NCBI GenBank assembly: GCA_951406725.2
Contig: OX597815.1
Coordinates: 95,790,001 to 95,854,000, forward strand
Source: Octopus vulgaris
Lineage: Eukaryota
DNA: 64,000 bases
Direction of reading: 5' to 3'
Made by a program: the position numbers and the translations under genes. A model generated the notes under the pieces. It worked only from the letters and a program-made list of their open reading frames with translations. It ran no database searches and had not been told where the DNA came from. Below, one piece after another: positions 14,693 to 28,914 of this stretch (position 1 is the stretch's first letter; each line of letters opens with the position of its first letter).

Positions 14693-15905
14693 TGTGATCT
14701 GTAAATGTTGATACTCTGATATGAATAGCCATGTTTTTTTTGTACTTTCTTATTTTGCTTCAAGCTGGAAAATCGCATGCCATTGAAATGTAAAATTTGT
14801 CCTGCATCTGATTACTATCAGTACTTGCACGTAACCCGGGCTATGTCCCCTTCTTGATTTTGTTTTTCTTATTTACGTACAGCATTGATTACACTTCATT
14901 ATTTCAGCTTTAGGTGTCCTTGCAGTATAGCATCTTCCATTCTGGGGAAAGATTGTTCGTTTCAAATATCTAGTTGCGGTAATATTCTTGCGATTAATGT
15001 TTTTAATGCAGATTAGTGATGTAGTTTTGGTTTATTTCTCTTGGAAAAATAAGATTGTCTCTCTTGTTACAATGACGGACTGCAACGAGCACTGTTAAAT
15101 TAATTTGGAACAGGCGATAATTATGTGCAGTCTACTTCTTCACTAGAAAATTACGAATACACGCGGAAGTAGATTCAGTCGAATAAAGGGAGACAATCAT
15201 GTCTAAAGCATTACTGGTTATATGGACATTTTCATTTCATTGAAGAAGGAATATTTCTTGCCGTGTTTTAAAAAATCATGTAAAATTTGTTAGGATGTAA
15301 AATGTTCAGGACATACAACGAAGTATATTCGAACCACATTGATATGCGGAATATATAATGGAAATTTACCATAAGCTGGGAGGCTTATAGATCCTACTGT
15401 CCCTCAATTTCTAAACATTTTAAGATAAAGAAATGGAATATATTCTATCGCTGGACATAAATAGATGCATGAAATAAATGTATTTATTGGAACTTTAATG
15501 TGTTCCGAATATCTCACACGTTCATCTAAATGCAATCATTTGATGCTAAACATGTGCCAATACCACGCAAATAACCAATCTGTCTATACATGCATAGATC
15601 GTAGAGAGACACACTCACATGCATACACACATGCACATTAATATATATATATATATATATATGCATAAATATATATGTAAAAATATAAATGAATGTGCGC
15701 GCGTGATTGCGTATATGTATATGTATACACACATACACACATGCATATATATGTATATATACACTTATATGCAAGTATATATATATATATATACATACAT
15801 ATACATATATACATACATAGACAGAAAGACAGACAAACAGACACATGGACATATATATCTATATATGTGTATAAGTAAATATGTATATATCTATATCTAT
15901 CTATT

Positions 15906-15952
<47 letters not shown>

Positions 15953-16869
15953 ATATATATAAACGTGTCGTGTATATATACATACATTCATGCATACACG
16001 GATACGTTTTGTAATGGCGATAATGTATGGTGCGTGAAGAGATTCGTAAGGACCCGTTTACCATCATTTGAAGATTTTAAAGCAGATACAAAATAAAAAG
16101 AAATCTACATATTGCTCTCTCTGATATACGAAAAATATCTTATTTTCCCAAATAAAGCTACCTTTAGCTACACAGCTTATGTTACTAAGTTTCGACAATG
16201 GCGATTCGAGAAGGAGTAAGGGACATTATTCTTATGGTGGTGCATCGTTCGCTGGATGTTGAAATCTGGATTCTACAAATACGCATTATTTCATGGTATG
16301 ATGAAGGGAAATTTGAATTAAAGTCGAATATCTTATCTGATTCAGTTTGTAGATACACTGAAAGTACCCATTGCTTTTATAAATCATGTTATTAGATATT
16401 TCACGTATCAGTCTAACTGTAGAAACATCGCACGTAAGTTTGCCTCTAATATCTTTATGGTTCTAAATAGGTGACTTACACACGCACACACATACGCACA
16501 TACACACAATCAAACAAACACAGACAAAGACACACACACGCTCGCTCGCATACATACATAAATATACTAATGAGAGTAGTATATTCGCACTTTTACTAAA
16601 AATTTCTTTAGGCTTGCCACTTTTGCATCCAGCGCCCGCTGGGTAAATGGCAGTACTCTCATGCTGGCGTAACCAAGATTGCATCTTGATTGCTACAGTA
16701 TTCTTCCTGGAGTCACAGTGTGAACATTGTCCCTCCCCTAGCAGTCAGCCTGAAGACAGAATAGAGACCGATGATCCGATTTATCTAGTCTGAAGGTGTG
16801 TCAAGGGAGTAATTCATAGTTGCCGTTCAGTCCAATATGGGTTAGTACTCTTCCACCTAGAACTGTGTG

Positions 16870-17542
16870 ATTCAGTACATCGAGAACTCTGAAAATGACC
16901 GGTGAAGCGTGAAATACGAACAGGGAGCAGGGAGCTTATAACTTCCACCACTGCCAGGAAGATTCAACATGGTCAAGTGATGGTTAATGCGAATCGGCGA
17001 GCGGTCATCGATGAAGTGGCATATTCTCTCCATATTAGGCATGGATCTGCATACGAAATGATCCACACCAAGCTTTAATTACGTAAAGTGATGTACGAGA
17101 TAGATGCGAAGATAGCACAGGCGCAATCATGCGGAGATGTTTTAACGCTTCATCGATGAAGGCAAAGCATTTTTTGAGAAAATAGTCACAAGAGAGGAGA
17201 GCTGGGTCCATCACTTTGAGTCAGAATCCAAAAGACTGAGTATGTAGTGGAAACGCCCGGAATCGTCACCGGAATAGAAATTCAGGACTCAAACTTCCTC
17301 AGAAAAAGACATACGAGCCATTTTTGGGACACAAAGCGACTTATACTGCAAAAGAGGTCTACAGTCACTAGTGTAGCCCACAGTGAAATGCTGGTAAAGA
17401 GGTTGAAAGCAGGAAAAAGCACATCGAAAAGCAAGAAGATTATGTCGAAAACGAATGTAGTTATTCAATTCAAGCCTTGCGTTTTTCTTAATAAATTACA
17501 GAAAGAAAATTGAGTATAACTTTTGACTTAACCTCTGCATGC
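16870..17542 (+). mobile_element. Decayed mariner remnant
   Basis: 17165-17260 translates as FEKIVTREESWVHHFESESKRLSM*WKRP (mariner IVTGDETW..P.SK..S..W); TIR-like end aacttttgacttaacctc. Confidence 0.7.
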
Positions 17543-17581
17543 ATACCTATATGGATATCAAATTATTTTCTTTAGATTTGT

Positions 17582-17675
<94 letters not shown>

Positions 17676-17746
17676 CATACATATATAAATATACATATAC
17701 ATACATATATAAATATACATATATATATATATATATACATATATAT

Positions 17747-17802
<56 letters not shown>

Positions 17803-17805
<3 letters not shown>

Positions 17806-18080
17806 TCCCGGGTTGATTCGGGTTAACCACAGTAAATAAGGTACTCAATACATACAGAGTAAAATTAATTTATTATATGAATAGGATATATTATATATAT
17901 TGTATTATATATATATGGGGGACTTTTGGGGGTATAGCGCAAAATATCATAGCGCAAAGTATGATATTTTGCTATTTAAACCTGCCTAAATGTATAAATG
18001 CCAATACAATTTTGTTAACTAGCTTCCTGAAGATTTCTCTTGAATGAAACAGTTCTAGTCCTTGCTTCTATATAATAAAT
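17803..18080. mobile_element. Internally deleted copy of the palindromic HHR element at 40194-44949
   Basis: Same left end (ggtcccgggttgattcggggttaaccacag) and right end (..cttctatataataaat); damaged HHR at 18021-18062. Confidence 0.85.
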
Positions 18081-18109
18081 ATATATATGTATATATATAT
18101 ATATATATT

Positions 18110-18610
18110 GTTGTATTTAGGAAGTCATTATTATAGCCAATAAAACACACGCACTATATATTTGGTGTTACTTTGCTTCAGTGTTATTTATTTTTTACAT
18201 TAATCTTAATCTTATTTCCGCCAGAGTTCTTTCGTCACATTCCTGTGACCGCATCAGTGGTCCTTTGTTTTCTTCTTACTTATTTGTGTCTCTCCTTACT
18301 AACCGTCAGCCATTTTGTATTTCTATTGTATGTCATTTGCGCATGCTTATATCTCTATGTGCGTTTATGTTTATTTAGTGTGTGTATGTGGGGGATGCCT
18401 GTAATATTTGTATCTTCTGTTTATATATGTAATTTGTAATTTTTTATATGTTCATGTAATTTGTATTGTGTTTTTTTGTTTTTTTGTTTTTTTTTTGTTT
18501 TTGTTTTTTCATGTGTTTACATCCACCCATTATTATCATTACATATGCTTGTATGTATGTCTAACAACAATACTACTACTACTAATAATAAATTGAATCG
18601 AAAAAAAAAA

Positions 18611-18646
<36 letters not shown>

Positions 18647-19140
18647 CATATACATACATATATACATATATATAGTTATTTATTTCTATTAGTTTATTTA
18701 TTTATCTGTGTATTTATTATGTTTTCAGGATCCTCTATCGTCATATGTTGTGGTGTGTGTTAGTGCTCCATTCTAGTTTTCTATTCAGGCTAGGTTTATT
18801 TTCTATTATGTGTGTAGCTTCTGTAATTTGTCTAATTGTTGCATCTGATCTATGTGTGGATAATATTTTAATTTCTATGTTATTGTTTGATCCCCCGTGT
18901 TCTTGTTCGGCGTGTTGGTACAGAATCGATGAGCTTTTACCTTCCATGAGTTGTCTCCAATGTCCATTTACCCGCTCTCCTATGCTTCTTGCCGTTTCCC
19001 CTACGTAGGTCGTTGTCTTGTTACTGCATCGTCCCTCTATAAATCTTATACTATAGACTACATTTCTGGCTTTACAGTTTGTTTGTGGGCTAAATCTACA
19101 TACAGTACAGTACTTATCCGTACAGGGGGTTCTACTAAAA
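18110..19140 (-). mobile_element. 5'-truncated Penelope-like element: GIY-YIG endonuclease remnant plus 3' UTR
   Basis: Minus strand reads YCTVCRFSPQTNCKARNVVYSIRFIEGRCSNKTTTYVGETARSIGERVNGH..LYQHAEQEH..RQITEATHIIENKPSLN; HHR-like motif downstream on the same strand. Confidence 0.85.
18221..18260 (-). ncRNA. Minimal hammerhead-like motif (A9 replaced by C)
   Basis: cca-CTGATGC-g-gtcaca(ggaa)tgtgac-GAAA-gaac-TC-tgg. Confidence 0.55.
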
Positions 19141-19199
19141 GGATAGGTTCTACCAATTATAGATTTGATAGGGTTACTTTCTCAGATGATGCCCGGAAC

Positions 19200-19250
19200 T
19201 TTGCCAGTGAAAAGATCGCAGATTCAAAGCGACGAAAATATTTGGACAAA
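19200..19250 (+). ncRNA. Degenerate hammerhead-like motif, G3 family (homologue of 61377-61427)
   Basis: tttgcca-GTGAAAA-g-atcgc(loop)gcgac-GAAA-atat-TT-ggacaaa; the surrounding 19175-19330 aligns to the reverse complement of 61300-61440. Confidence 0.5.
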
Positions 19251-20659
19251 TTAATCTTGAATGTTGAAATGAATCCAACGGTTTTTTTGTTTTTTTAAAT
19301 GGCTTATCAACACATTCCACGCTGCATTCGCTTATATATATAGTAACAAACTAAAGAAAGAAATTCCTTCTGAGGGTGTGTAAAACATCCAATTCACTGG
19401 CACGTCAGCTGAATACCACATAAATATGAGTATAATGTACGCGCGCGTACGAGATCACTCATATATATCAATACACAGACAATCATGCGCATATACACAT
19501 ATGCGTGTGCGTGTGTCTATATATTTATATACACGCACATATACATACGCGTATCTGTGTGTGTATTTAGGTGCGAGCCTGAAATGAAGATATTTTTCGT
19601 ATGTGTGATGCCAATTATTAGCACATCATTTCTACTTTCACATATAAACAATCCTCAATTTCTATTAATAATGACTACTCAATGAATCACTACCAGATCT
19701 TAAGAAACATCACACACTGCTTACAATTAATGTCAATTTTAATTATTATCTAAATTAATTCATATGTGTATCTGATGTGAAACTTTATTTATCAAACTGA
19801 ATTAAATAAATATTTATGCAGCATTTTTCCTATTCTGCAGTAGAACATTAGTTTAGACTTTGGCAGCATGGGAATATTCTCCAGTAAGAAATCAGCATAA
19901 ATTCTAACAACTTAATCAGCATGATTCTAACAATTCTAACAGCATACCTTCTAACAACATATGACAACGTTAATTAAAAGTGACAAGGCTTGTCATAATT
20001 GTGAGAAGTGCAATGTAGAATTTTACGTTTTGTACAGTGCGTCACCTCTTACATACAAGAAGCCTTTTGCTTAACAGGTCATTCTCTGCTGCACTTCTCA
20101 ATCCTATATGGTTTGCGTAGTTGATGGAAGCATGATGATATTCAGTTATATATCTCCATGTGTAAACACAGTCTCACACATTTCTTGAGCCAGTTTCTTG
20201 CTTGGTATCCTGTCTTGCTTCAATTATGTACTCGAAGAATTATTCCAGTATAGAACTTAACCTTTTCTTTTACAGGTCATCGAACACATATTTTCATGCC
20301 AAAAAATGCAATTTTCTGCGGTTCTACTCTGGTGAACACAATAATGTATCCAAAAACACAAGCATACGTTGTTATTTTTTGTATATATAGGTGTGTGTGT
20401 GTGTGAGTGTGTGTATACACACACACAAATATATATATATACATAAATATATACACAAACATACAAACATACACACATACACACATATATACATATCTAA
20501 GTATATACAGAGGAGAGTATTGTAGTTAGCTTGAAGCATTCTGTATTGTTTGTAAACAATATTGATAATAAATAGTAATAATGTGTTTTGAATGGCACAA
20601 CAATGCATTATATTAACAACAATGCACTATAATTACTGGTATAGTTTAATCATCCATAG

Positions 20660-21345
20660 TCTGATATAATATTTCGGAATATATAAATTTCTTTTTCATA
20701 TATCCCTAGGGATTGATCGAGTCACTGCTACAATCGGTTTTCCAACGGTTTTTCTTTTCTTTTCCCTTTTCGTTTCTTCTTTTTTCTTTCTTCCTCCCTT
20801 TAAAAAAAAAATATAATACACATATAATATATAATCATGTCATGCAACCAGACGTAGCTAGAGAATAAATTAACCGCCAATTTTCAGTCTGTTGTTGATT
20901 TGAGGCCCTAGTCTGTCTATGAGAATAGCTTCCTTAATTCTCAAGTTACCCAATTTTTTTTCATCGGCCTCATTGCATTGTTATAGATAATTTCTGAAGG
21001 AGGAGTCTCTCGTGTTGAGAAGGAGAAAGGGAAAAGAAGAAGGAAGAAAGGGCAAGAGAGGTAGAAAGAAGGGGATAAAGGAAGAGGAAACTACACGTAT
21101 AATGCATTAATTAGAAGTAGCGTTACGGATGTGACAGCACACACGAGCCTGGGACACGGTCGTCTTCACGCACTTCTCACGAGTAATTCCGGAAAGGGCT
21201 TCGTGAGGCCAGAGGAGAGACACTTCTGGAAAACGAAAAGGGAGAAGAAAAAAAAAACTTTTGGAAAACCGATTGTAGCAGTGACTCCATCAATCCCTAG
21301 GGATATCTGAAGAAGGAATTTTTATGTTCGGAAATCTTACATAGT
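20660..21345. repeat. Inverted repeat with ~110-bp arms ending in degenerate HHR motifs
   Basis: atccctagggattgatcgagtcactgctacaatcggttttccaa (20702) pairs with ttggaaaaccgattgtagcagtgactccatcaatccctagggat (21261); HHR-like motifs at 20663-20704 (-) and 21302-21343 (+). Confidence 0.8.
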
Positions 21346-23000
21346 GAGCTGGACATTGTCGTTCTTGTTTGTGCCTCCTGCCGCGATGTGGGTTCATCCG
21401 GTATTGCAGATAACAAAAACTATCTAGACGTTTTTTGAAGAATTCCCTGATATTCTGTGTAGGGGGCCCTTGAATCTCAAGCTATTACAAAATTAGGTTT
21501 ATGTTGGCAGAAACGTTTGCACTCTGGGCGAAATGCTTGGCAGTATTCGTCTGTCTACCTTCTGAGTTCAAATTCCACCGAGGTCGACTTATTCCTTTCA
21601 TCCTTTCGGAGTCGATAAATTAAGTACCAATTGTGAACTGGGGTCGATCGACAGGCCTCCTCTCCCAAAATTTCGGGCCCTGTGCTTAGAGTAGAAAAGA
21701 ATATTGGGGTTCGTATCCTCGATGGAGAAGATGGGACCTTTGGTAAGGTGAAGTGCCGTCCAGTTCGGTATTGTAGATTTCGATTCCGAAATTTAGAGCT
21801 AGACCCGCCATTATTTTCCATATGTATAGCACTGCATATCTTTCACATTTCCTCTCCAGGGAGTATAATCTCTGTTCCTTCAAGCTATCCCAGTAGCCCA
21901 TATGTTTTACAGCGTCCATCTTTTTGCCTAATGACGTTGGATCGCTTCTAGTTCTCCAATTAGTTTTATAATCTGTGGGGACCATAGTGGAGAGCAGTAG
22001 TCCAGACGACTGAGGACAAAGGTTCTCCAAATCAGAAGCATTGTGCCTCTGTTCCTGGTTCTGAAGCATCTAAGGATCTAACCTGCCACTGGCCTGCATT
22101 ATGTTCCCATCTGAGCGTTGTACAGATGAAAAGTTGCGTCGTTACTCATGTGGATTCCCAGGACCCGCACCGACTCTAACTCTGGGATTACATTGCCTGC
22201 TGGTCCTGTGAACTTCAGCTGTATATTGTTTGTGGGCTGATTGCGGAATGCATAGTATTGTCATCAGACCATTTATATATTGCGTTCAGATCATTCTTAA
22301 GTCATGACCACCTACGATACTTTTATATGGTTGGCGTAGCTGGTGAATGGAGCTGACTCTATGGCTGCGGGCATGTCCAAGAGATCAACCACAAGCAGTA
22401 GTGGTCCCAGCACTGTTCTTTGGGTTACTCTGCTCAGGATTAGTGTCACTTCAGAAAGAGCACCATTTGCTGTTACAGCCTGACTTCTGCCCTTCAGGAA
22501 ATCATGCAGCCACACTCCCAGTCTACGAACGATACCGAGGTCACGCAATTTATGACATATCATCCCATGATCGATTTTGTCAAAGGTCTTGGTAAAGTGG
22601 AGATATATTACATCCTTATTTGAATGATTGAGCTCTTATTTTAGTAACCTATCGAAGTGGTACAGTAGTTGCGTTAGGCAATTCCTTCCAGGACGGAAAC
22701 AATGTTGATTGTCTGTAAGCAAGTCATTTTCCTTGAGGAACGTAGTCAGACTTTCCCTGACAATGAATGATGTGAGATAGACAAGCCTGTAGTTTATTGC
22801 ATCTGCTCTGCTTCCTCCTTTGTGGATAGCGCAGATTAATCCTTCTTTTAACATTTGAGGAAATGTGCTACATTCAAGGGAACTCTGAAGTGGTTTTGCA
22901 TGTTTTTAACAGAATTCCTGGGAGTCCATATAAGCCAGTTGAAGTGTTTGGATTTATCTCATCAATAGCTGACAATACGTTCTCTTCTGTAACGTCAACA
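21346..23000 (-). mobile_element. Decayed CR1/L2-group LINE with a SINE fragment near 21545-21685
   Basis: IHKGGSRADAINYRLVYLTS, NQHCFRPGRNCLTQLL, TVLGPLL..SYAN, RLYSLERKCERY fragments. Confidence 0.85.
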
Positions 23001-23778
23001 TATATAAATTTTAAATATCTCTGAACTGAAAACCGAAGCATGACATCTTGAAGTTTCCGGAGGTTGAAATATGTTTATTGATACATTAATACATCAAAAC
23101 TATTTTAATTCTCCGCTTTTTGATGACTAAAAATTGTCTTATCGGGAGATAGAATATATACTTCATAATAAAATTAAATGCCAGTCACAATCACAATTGT
23201 TCTGAAAATGTCTGTAATAAAACTCCAGCTGCTATCAAGAATATTAATGTGAATCTAATTGGTATAATAGCTTGCGTACATATATTTTGATTAATCGAAT
23301 CCTGAGATACAATATGCTGATGCACAGCTGATATTTTACAAAGGTAACAAAGAAGATATTTAGTGAGAAGAATATATTTTATAGATGCGATATACGAGTG
23401 ATATTTAAAATGTCGTTTAAAGTAATTATTTAAATGTGCCAGTTAACTTCAAAAATATCTATCGTAAATTTTTGCATAATGCAAATGTCTGGAACAGCTT
23501 GTTCATAAAGCAACAAAGCTAGAAAAGTCGCGGAGGAAATTTTAGATAGGAGAAATTGCAATATTTTATGAAGGGTAGTCTCGAAATATTTTAATGCTGT
23601 AAATGTTTCAGAGAGAATTGTAAATGTTATTTATGAATTACATTTAAAACCTTTCATATGATATTTTTACTGTCCTCCAGACATATACTTGTCCTATATT
23701 GTAGTTTAATTTTCCTCTACGTTCTTCCTTTTTCTTTCTCACCCGACAAACAATTGCGCATATATGTGAATATGCATG

Positions 23779-23810
<32 letters not shown>

Positions 23811-23880
23811 TGTATGTATGTATGTATGTATGTATGTATGTATGTATGTATGTGTGTATGTATGTATGTATGTATGTATG

Positions 23881-23911
<31 letters not shown>

Positions 23912-24321
23912 ATATCTATCTAAATGTGAGTATGTATGTATATGTATATATATATATATATACACGTATATACATATATATGTGTGTGTGTGTTTATATT
24001 TAGTGTATGTACAGAAACACACACACATACATATATCTGCATGTACATATATAAGTATATTTTTATTGATTGTACATGCATTTAGGACTGTCACTTTTAG
24101 GTCTACCAAGAGTCAGTTTCCTTACTACGGGTATGCATAGCATATTAATTGTTGCATATTATCCATGTTCCAATATCATCTCTACCCCCTTCTCTCTCAT
24201 ACAGACACACACATTCACACATATATATTTACATATACATATGTGATAGGATATGATATGATATATATATATATACATATATAGGTATATATTTTGATGA
24301 AGTGAGGATCTAGAGTGTAAG

Positions 24322-24445
24322 AAGCGATCAAAATTGCAAAACGACGGTATTGCAAAAATACCGATCAAAAGCGACGGTATTGCAAAAATACCGATCAAAA
24401 GCGATCAAAATTGCAAAACGACGGTATTGCAAAAATACCGTCGTT
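24322..24445. repeat. Short tandem repeat of a hairpin-forming ~30-bp unit
   Basis: cgacggtattgcaaaaataccg occurs three times. Confidence 0.8.
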
Positions 24446-24975
24446 TAATGAAGCACGTTTTAGTGGCACGTTTTTGTGATCATGTTAAAACAGGTACATG
24501 TAAAATAATATATGGGCTGATACGCTATTTTTCCGTGTAGTGGTTTTCCGATGTATATCGCCACACATTGACGTCTAATATGACATTCAAATTTACATTT
24601 AAATTTACATATTCCTATATAATTATACACACTCACTCACACCCACACATATATTTACATACACACACATATACATATATATATATATATATTTTTGTAT
24701 ATTTACATAGATAGATATATAGATACATACATACGAAAATTTCGCTCCTCTAGGTAAGCAATAGAGGCACACTGTTGACAATTCCTGTTAAGAAGAAACT
24801 GTGTTCTAGTGTTCTAGTTTTGCTCCGTTCGTGGATTAGTTGTCTACCCTTTCAGTATATTTAAATGTGCTATTACGCAACTATAAGTGGTTTTACACTT
24901 ATTTCTAGCAATATAGGTGTTTTAGCCACATAAAGGCACAGTGTGTATTAGGCCCAGCTGACAACATTATATATG

Positions 24976-25032
<57 letters not shown>

Positions 25033-25216
25033 AGAGTTTACGAAATAAACAGCAAAAGACGTAGACAGGTGGTATACAAAAGAAACAGATGTATTAGTAT
25101 AACGCTCAGGAATGGAAAAGGTATTTTACGTTTCGAGCGTAATGTATGTATGTATGTATGTATGTATGTATGTATGTATGTATGTATGTATGTATGTATG
25201 TATCTATCTATCTATA

Positions 25217-25279
<63 letters not shown>

Positions 25280-28200
25280 ATATATATATATACATATATA
25301 CACACGCACACATGTATACCTACACACGCGTACACACACACTACACATGTTGGACTATGGACCGTTCATTTGTAGCAACTTAATTTCTGATAAACTATTT
25401 CGTTTTCATGCCAGGAGAAAAATATGTTTTAGCTTACTTCCATTTTCTGCAAATGTTCAAGATTTCCCTGCTTATCTTCAGGATTGTCCTTAACGCGCCA
25501 GCCAGATGCACGAAACGTCTAGGGCAAAATATTAATCTGACTATTTTATATAAGTATGCACAACATTATGAAGAATTTTGAGGTATATCAATGATGGGAT
25601 AAATGTGTGATGGATGTACAAATTTAGTGCGAAATCTGAGTACTGGCATCCTGGCATAGAAGGCATCTTCCCGTTGCTTTTCTCGTTACATCTACTGTAC
25701 ATTTCAATATAATAAGTTACATACCTCTTGTGATTCTAAGACATCAACAAGATGGGCATTCTCTGTACTCTAAAATCCATCGAGTACATTTGATTTCACG
25801 CCGAAACCTTTAGCGAGCTTTCATATGTGGCTTACTAATTCTATGGTATTTATTCTGTCAGTGTGATTAAATGGTAGCTCATGATTATAAAATCTTTACT
25901 TGAAGTAACTTTCACACATAACAATGTGCTTTTCTTTATGGGCCATTTTCTCGTGTGCCCTGGTGGTAAATTGACCTTCATATACTATTGGATTGACACT
26001 GCATTTCCAAACTAGGGAACACAAATCTACATTTCTGAGAGTGTAGATTTAAGATTTATTTATTTATTTTTTTGTTTTATTTTGGGACCGAAAATATAGT
26101 TCACCTTTGCAGAACCGCCCTTTAACAGAGAAATATACATCTAGAAAGGTCAGAAGGTGTTTTACTCCATTGGTCCTAAGAAATGAAGCAGGGACAAACT
26201 ATCAGTCCTTTTCTAGGAGATATTTATATCAGTTTTGCCTTATATATCTCAGAGTAGAAACTTGTGTGATTGCTTGATCAATGGGATAGCTGAATCAACA
26301 ACGTTGACGTATGAACGGAAATATGAAATGTAGAATATGAAGTGTTTTGTTCTTTGAAAGTAAATTTTCTTTCAATGTACAAGAAATTAACTAAATTTCT
26401 GACGATAGAAGTGTTGAAATTTCTGTATCAAGATACGAAAAACACTGCATATATGATAAGTACCGCACGCAACTGAATGACTCTTTTCGTAATAGCTCAA
26501 GCACCAGACATAACGAGACAAAACGACATTTCGGAATAAATATACAGACTATGGTAGGTAACTTATAATTAAATCTTGAAGATGCAAACGAGACAGCTAG
26601 TGATACTTCTCTGTATGTTATCTCCCATGATCTGTGTATAAGATGTCCCTCTACATACAAATACTGGCAGCCATGTTAACCCTCAGATGAAAAAATATAT
26701 ATATTTATTCACCAATACGATGTTGAACACTTGTTTTCTTGTTTTACTGTCCGATATCAGCTTTTACCCCGCCCCCAAATATACATATATATGCGTATAA
26801 TATAATCCCTGATCTAATATCAGAACTTTCAAAGATATTAAGTATCTCTGTATGCTGGTGTGGTTATTAGCTTTGGTGCAATTGACAAAGAAATAGAGAT
26901 ATAATTTCAAAACGTAATGGAAATATTTTCCTATATTCGGATTTGTCAAATGTCAGGGACTGTGAATAGTTATTTCTCAGGTAAATGATAATGATTAGTA
27001 CATATTCTGATGTATAATGCCAAAATCATATTTTCATTTTAAGAGTTAACTTGACTACTTACTCTTGAAATAGTATCTTCGTAAAGATGTTTGTGACAAT
27101 AGATAAATTTGTAGATATGTTAGTATAATTGATAATTCAAATGTTGTTCCTTCATCTGTAAATCTAATGCGAGTATTGTATTAATATATGATAAAGCATG
27201 ATGTGTATAATTGTAGAAAAATTGTATATAGACTTTACTCTGGATATTTTATATGCAACAGTATTTCATGAAATTTGAAGTTAGTAAACTCATGGTTATA
27301 ACACATCGAAATACAAAATTTGATATTCAAACAATAACCATATAAGGAGATAAGATGTACATGTCAAACTATTTACGTTTACTGATTGCCTTACATACTC
27401 TATCCGTAAATTGATGCTTATCTCGTGCGAAACGTATTCATGCCGAATGGAGATTTATACATTGATGCTTAGCTATCTACTATTCTAGCTAAAGTATACA
27501 GTCCTACATGCTTAGATATGTATATACAGGCGTATGTATCTGTGTAGATATATGTGTTTGGGTACGAAATGCATGCGTGTACGTGCTGTATTATATATAG
27601 ATATGTGTGTTCTAGATTAAACATAGCTATTCCGTTCGAATTGGCAGTGATAGCAAATCTTCAAATCACTCATTTTGGATTGAAACTAAGGATACCATAT
27701 ATAATGCAGCCCCTAATATGCAGCCGTTAATATACATAGATAAATTGTATTTACCGATGGATTGTTTTGGATTATAGATATGCCAGAACAGAGTTAATGC
27801 AGGTCTAAAACAATAAGAAATTCAAGAATGTAAATATACGATTAAACGACAGCATAAATTTCGAAGTGAATATTCCTTAATGCAACCTGCAGGTGCTCTG
27901 TTTTTGCTTATCTGTCTCACTCTACGTGTCGAGCATACAACTCTCTGTGGTTCCTGTTACTGATTTCTCATATTCTCAAATCTTAAATTAATTTATGAGT
28001 AACAGATGTATGAATAACATAATACCATGAATAATATTGTAGCAGTATATCTATAATTCCGTAATTGCACCGGGTGTTTCCTTTCGAGTTAATATATATA
28101 TGACATGAATGTATAGATAGATGAGGTAGATTAAAATCCATAAATATACTTACTGCGACATTTCATTGAGATAATTGTGCGTAGTTCAATTAAATGGAAG

Positions 28201-28852
28201 AATCTAACAGCTTGTGGTTAGCTGCTTAGAAGAACACCAATTAAGTAGTTATAGGAGTAGTTATATGACATACGATTCTTTGGTGTTTCTTTGATATTTA
28301 TCGAAAAAAAACAAAAAACAAAAATGCATATTAACACGCACATATACTTACTCACATACTTACAAACTGGCAAACATTTTATAGATGCATGAAGTACAAC
28401 AAAATCATTTCAAGTCCGGTGCTACAGATCTTTAGTTTGCATAGTAAATGTCGGTCTTTTTATCGTAAACATAGGTCAGCTGTATTAGGGTCAAAATGGA
28501 GTAAAACACCTACTATAATAACACACCTACTATAATCCAGGTATATTACGCATAAACGCATATTCACATATATGTGTGTGTGTATGGTAAAGGAGTTTAC
28601 TTCTACTATAACTCGGTGCCGAAAAATTTTTGCAAGTGAATTTGACGGACGGAAAGTGAAAGAAGAATCCCGCCATATGCATATAAATGAAGAGAAAGTG
28701 AAAAGAGAGAGAGAGAGAGAGATTGATGGACAATGATGTAAATAAACAAGTAAAATCGTTTGGGCTAGACATATAGAATATACCTACATATATACATGTA
28801 AATAGAGAGAGAACAAAGACTGAAAATATTTATTCAGACGATGAGCGTTAAC

Positions 28853-28914
<62 letters not shown>

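Noticed and set aside
24322-24445. CRISPR-like palindromic repeats
   Set aside because: Eukaryotic context, no unique spacers, no cas genes.
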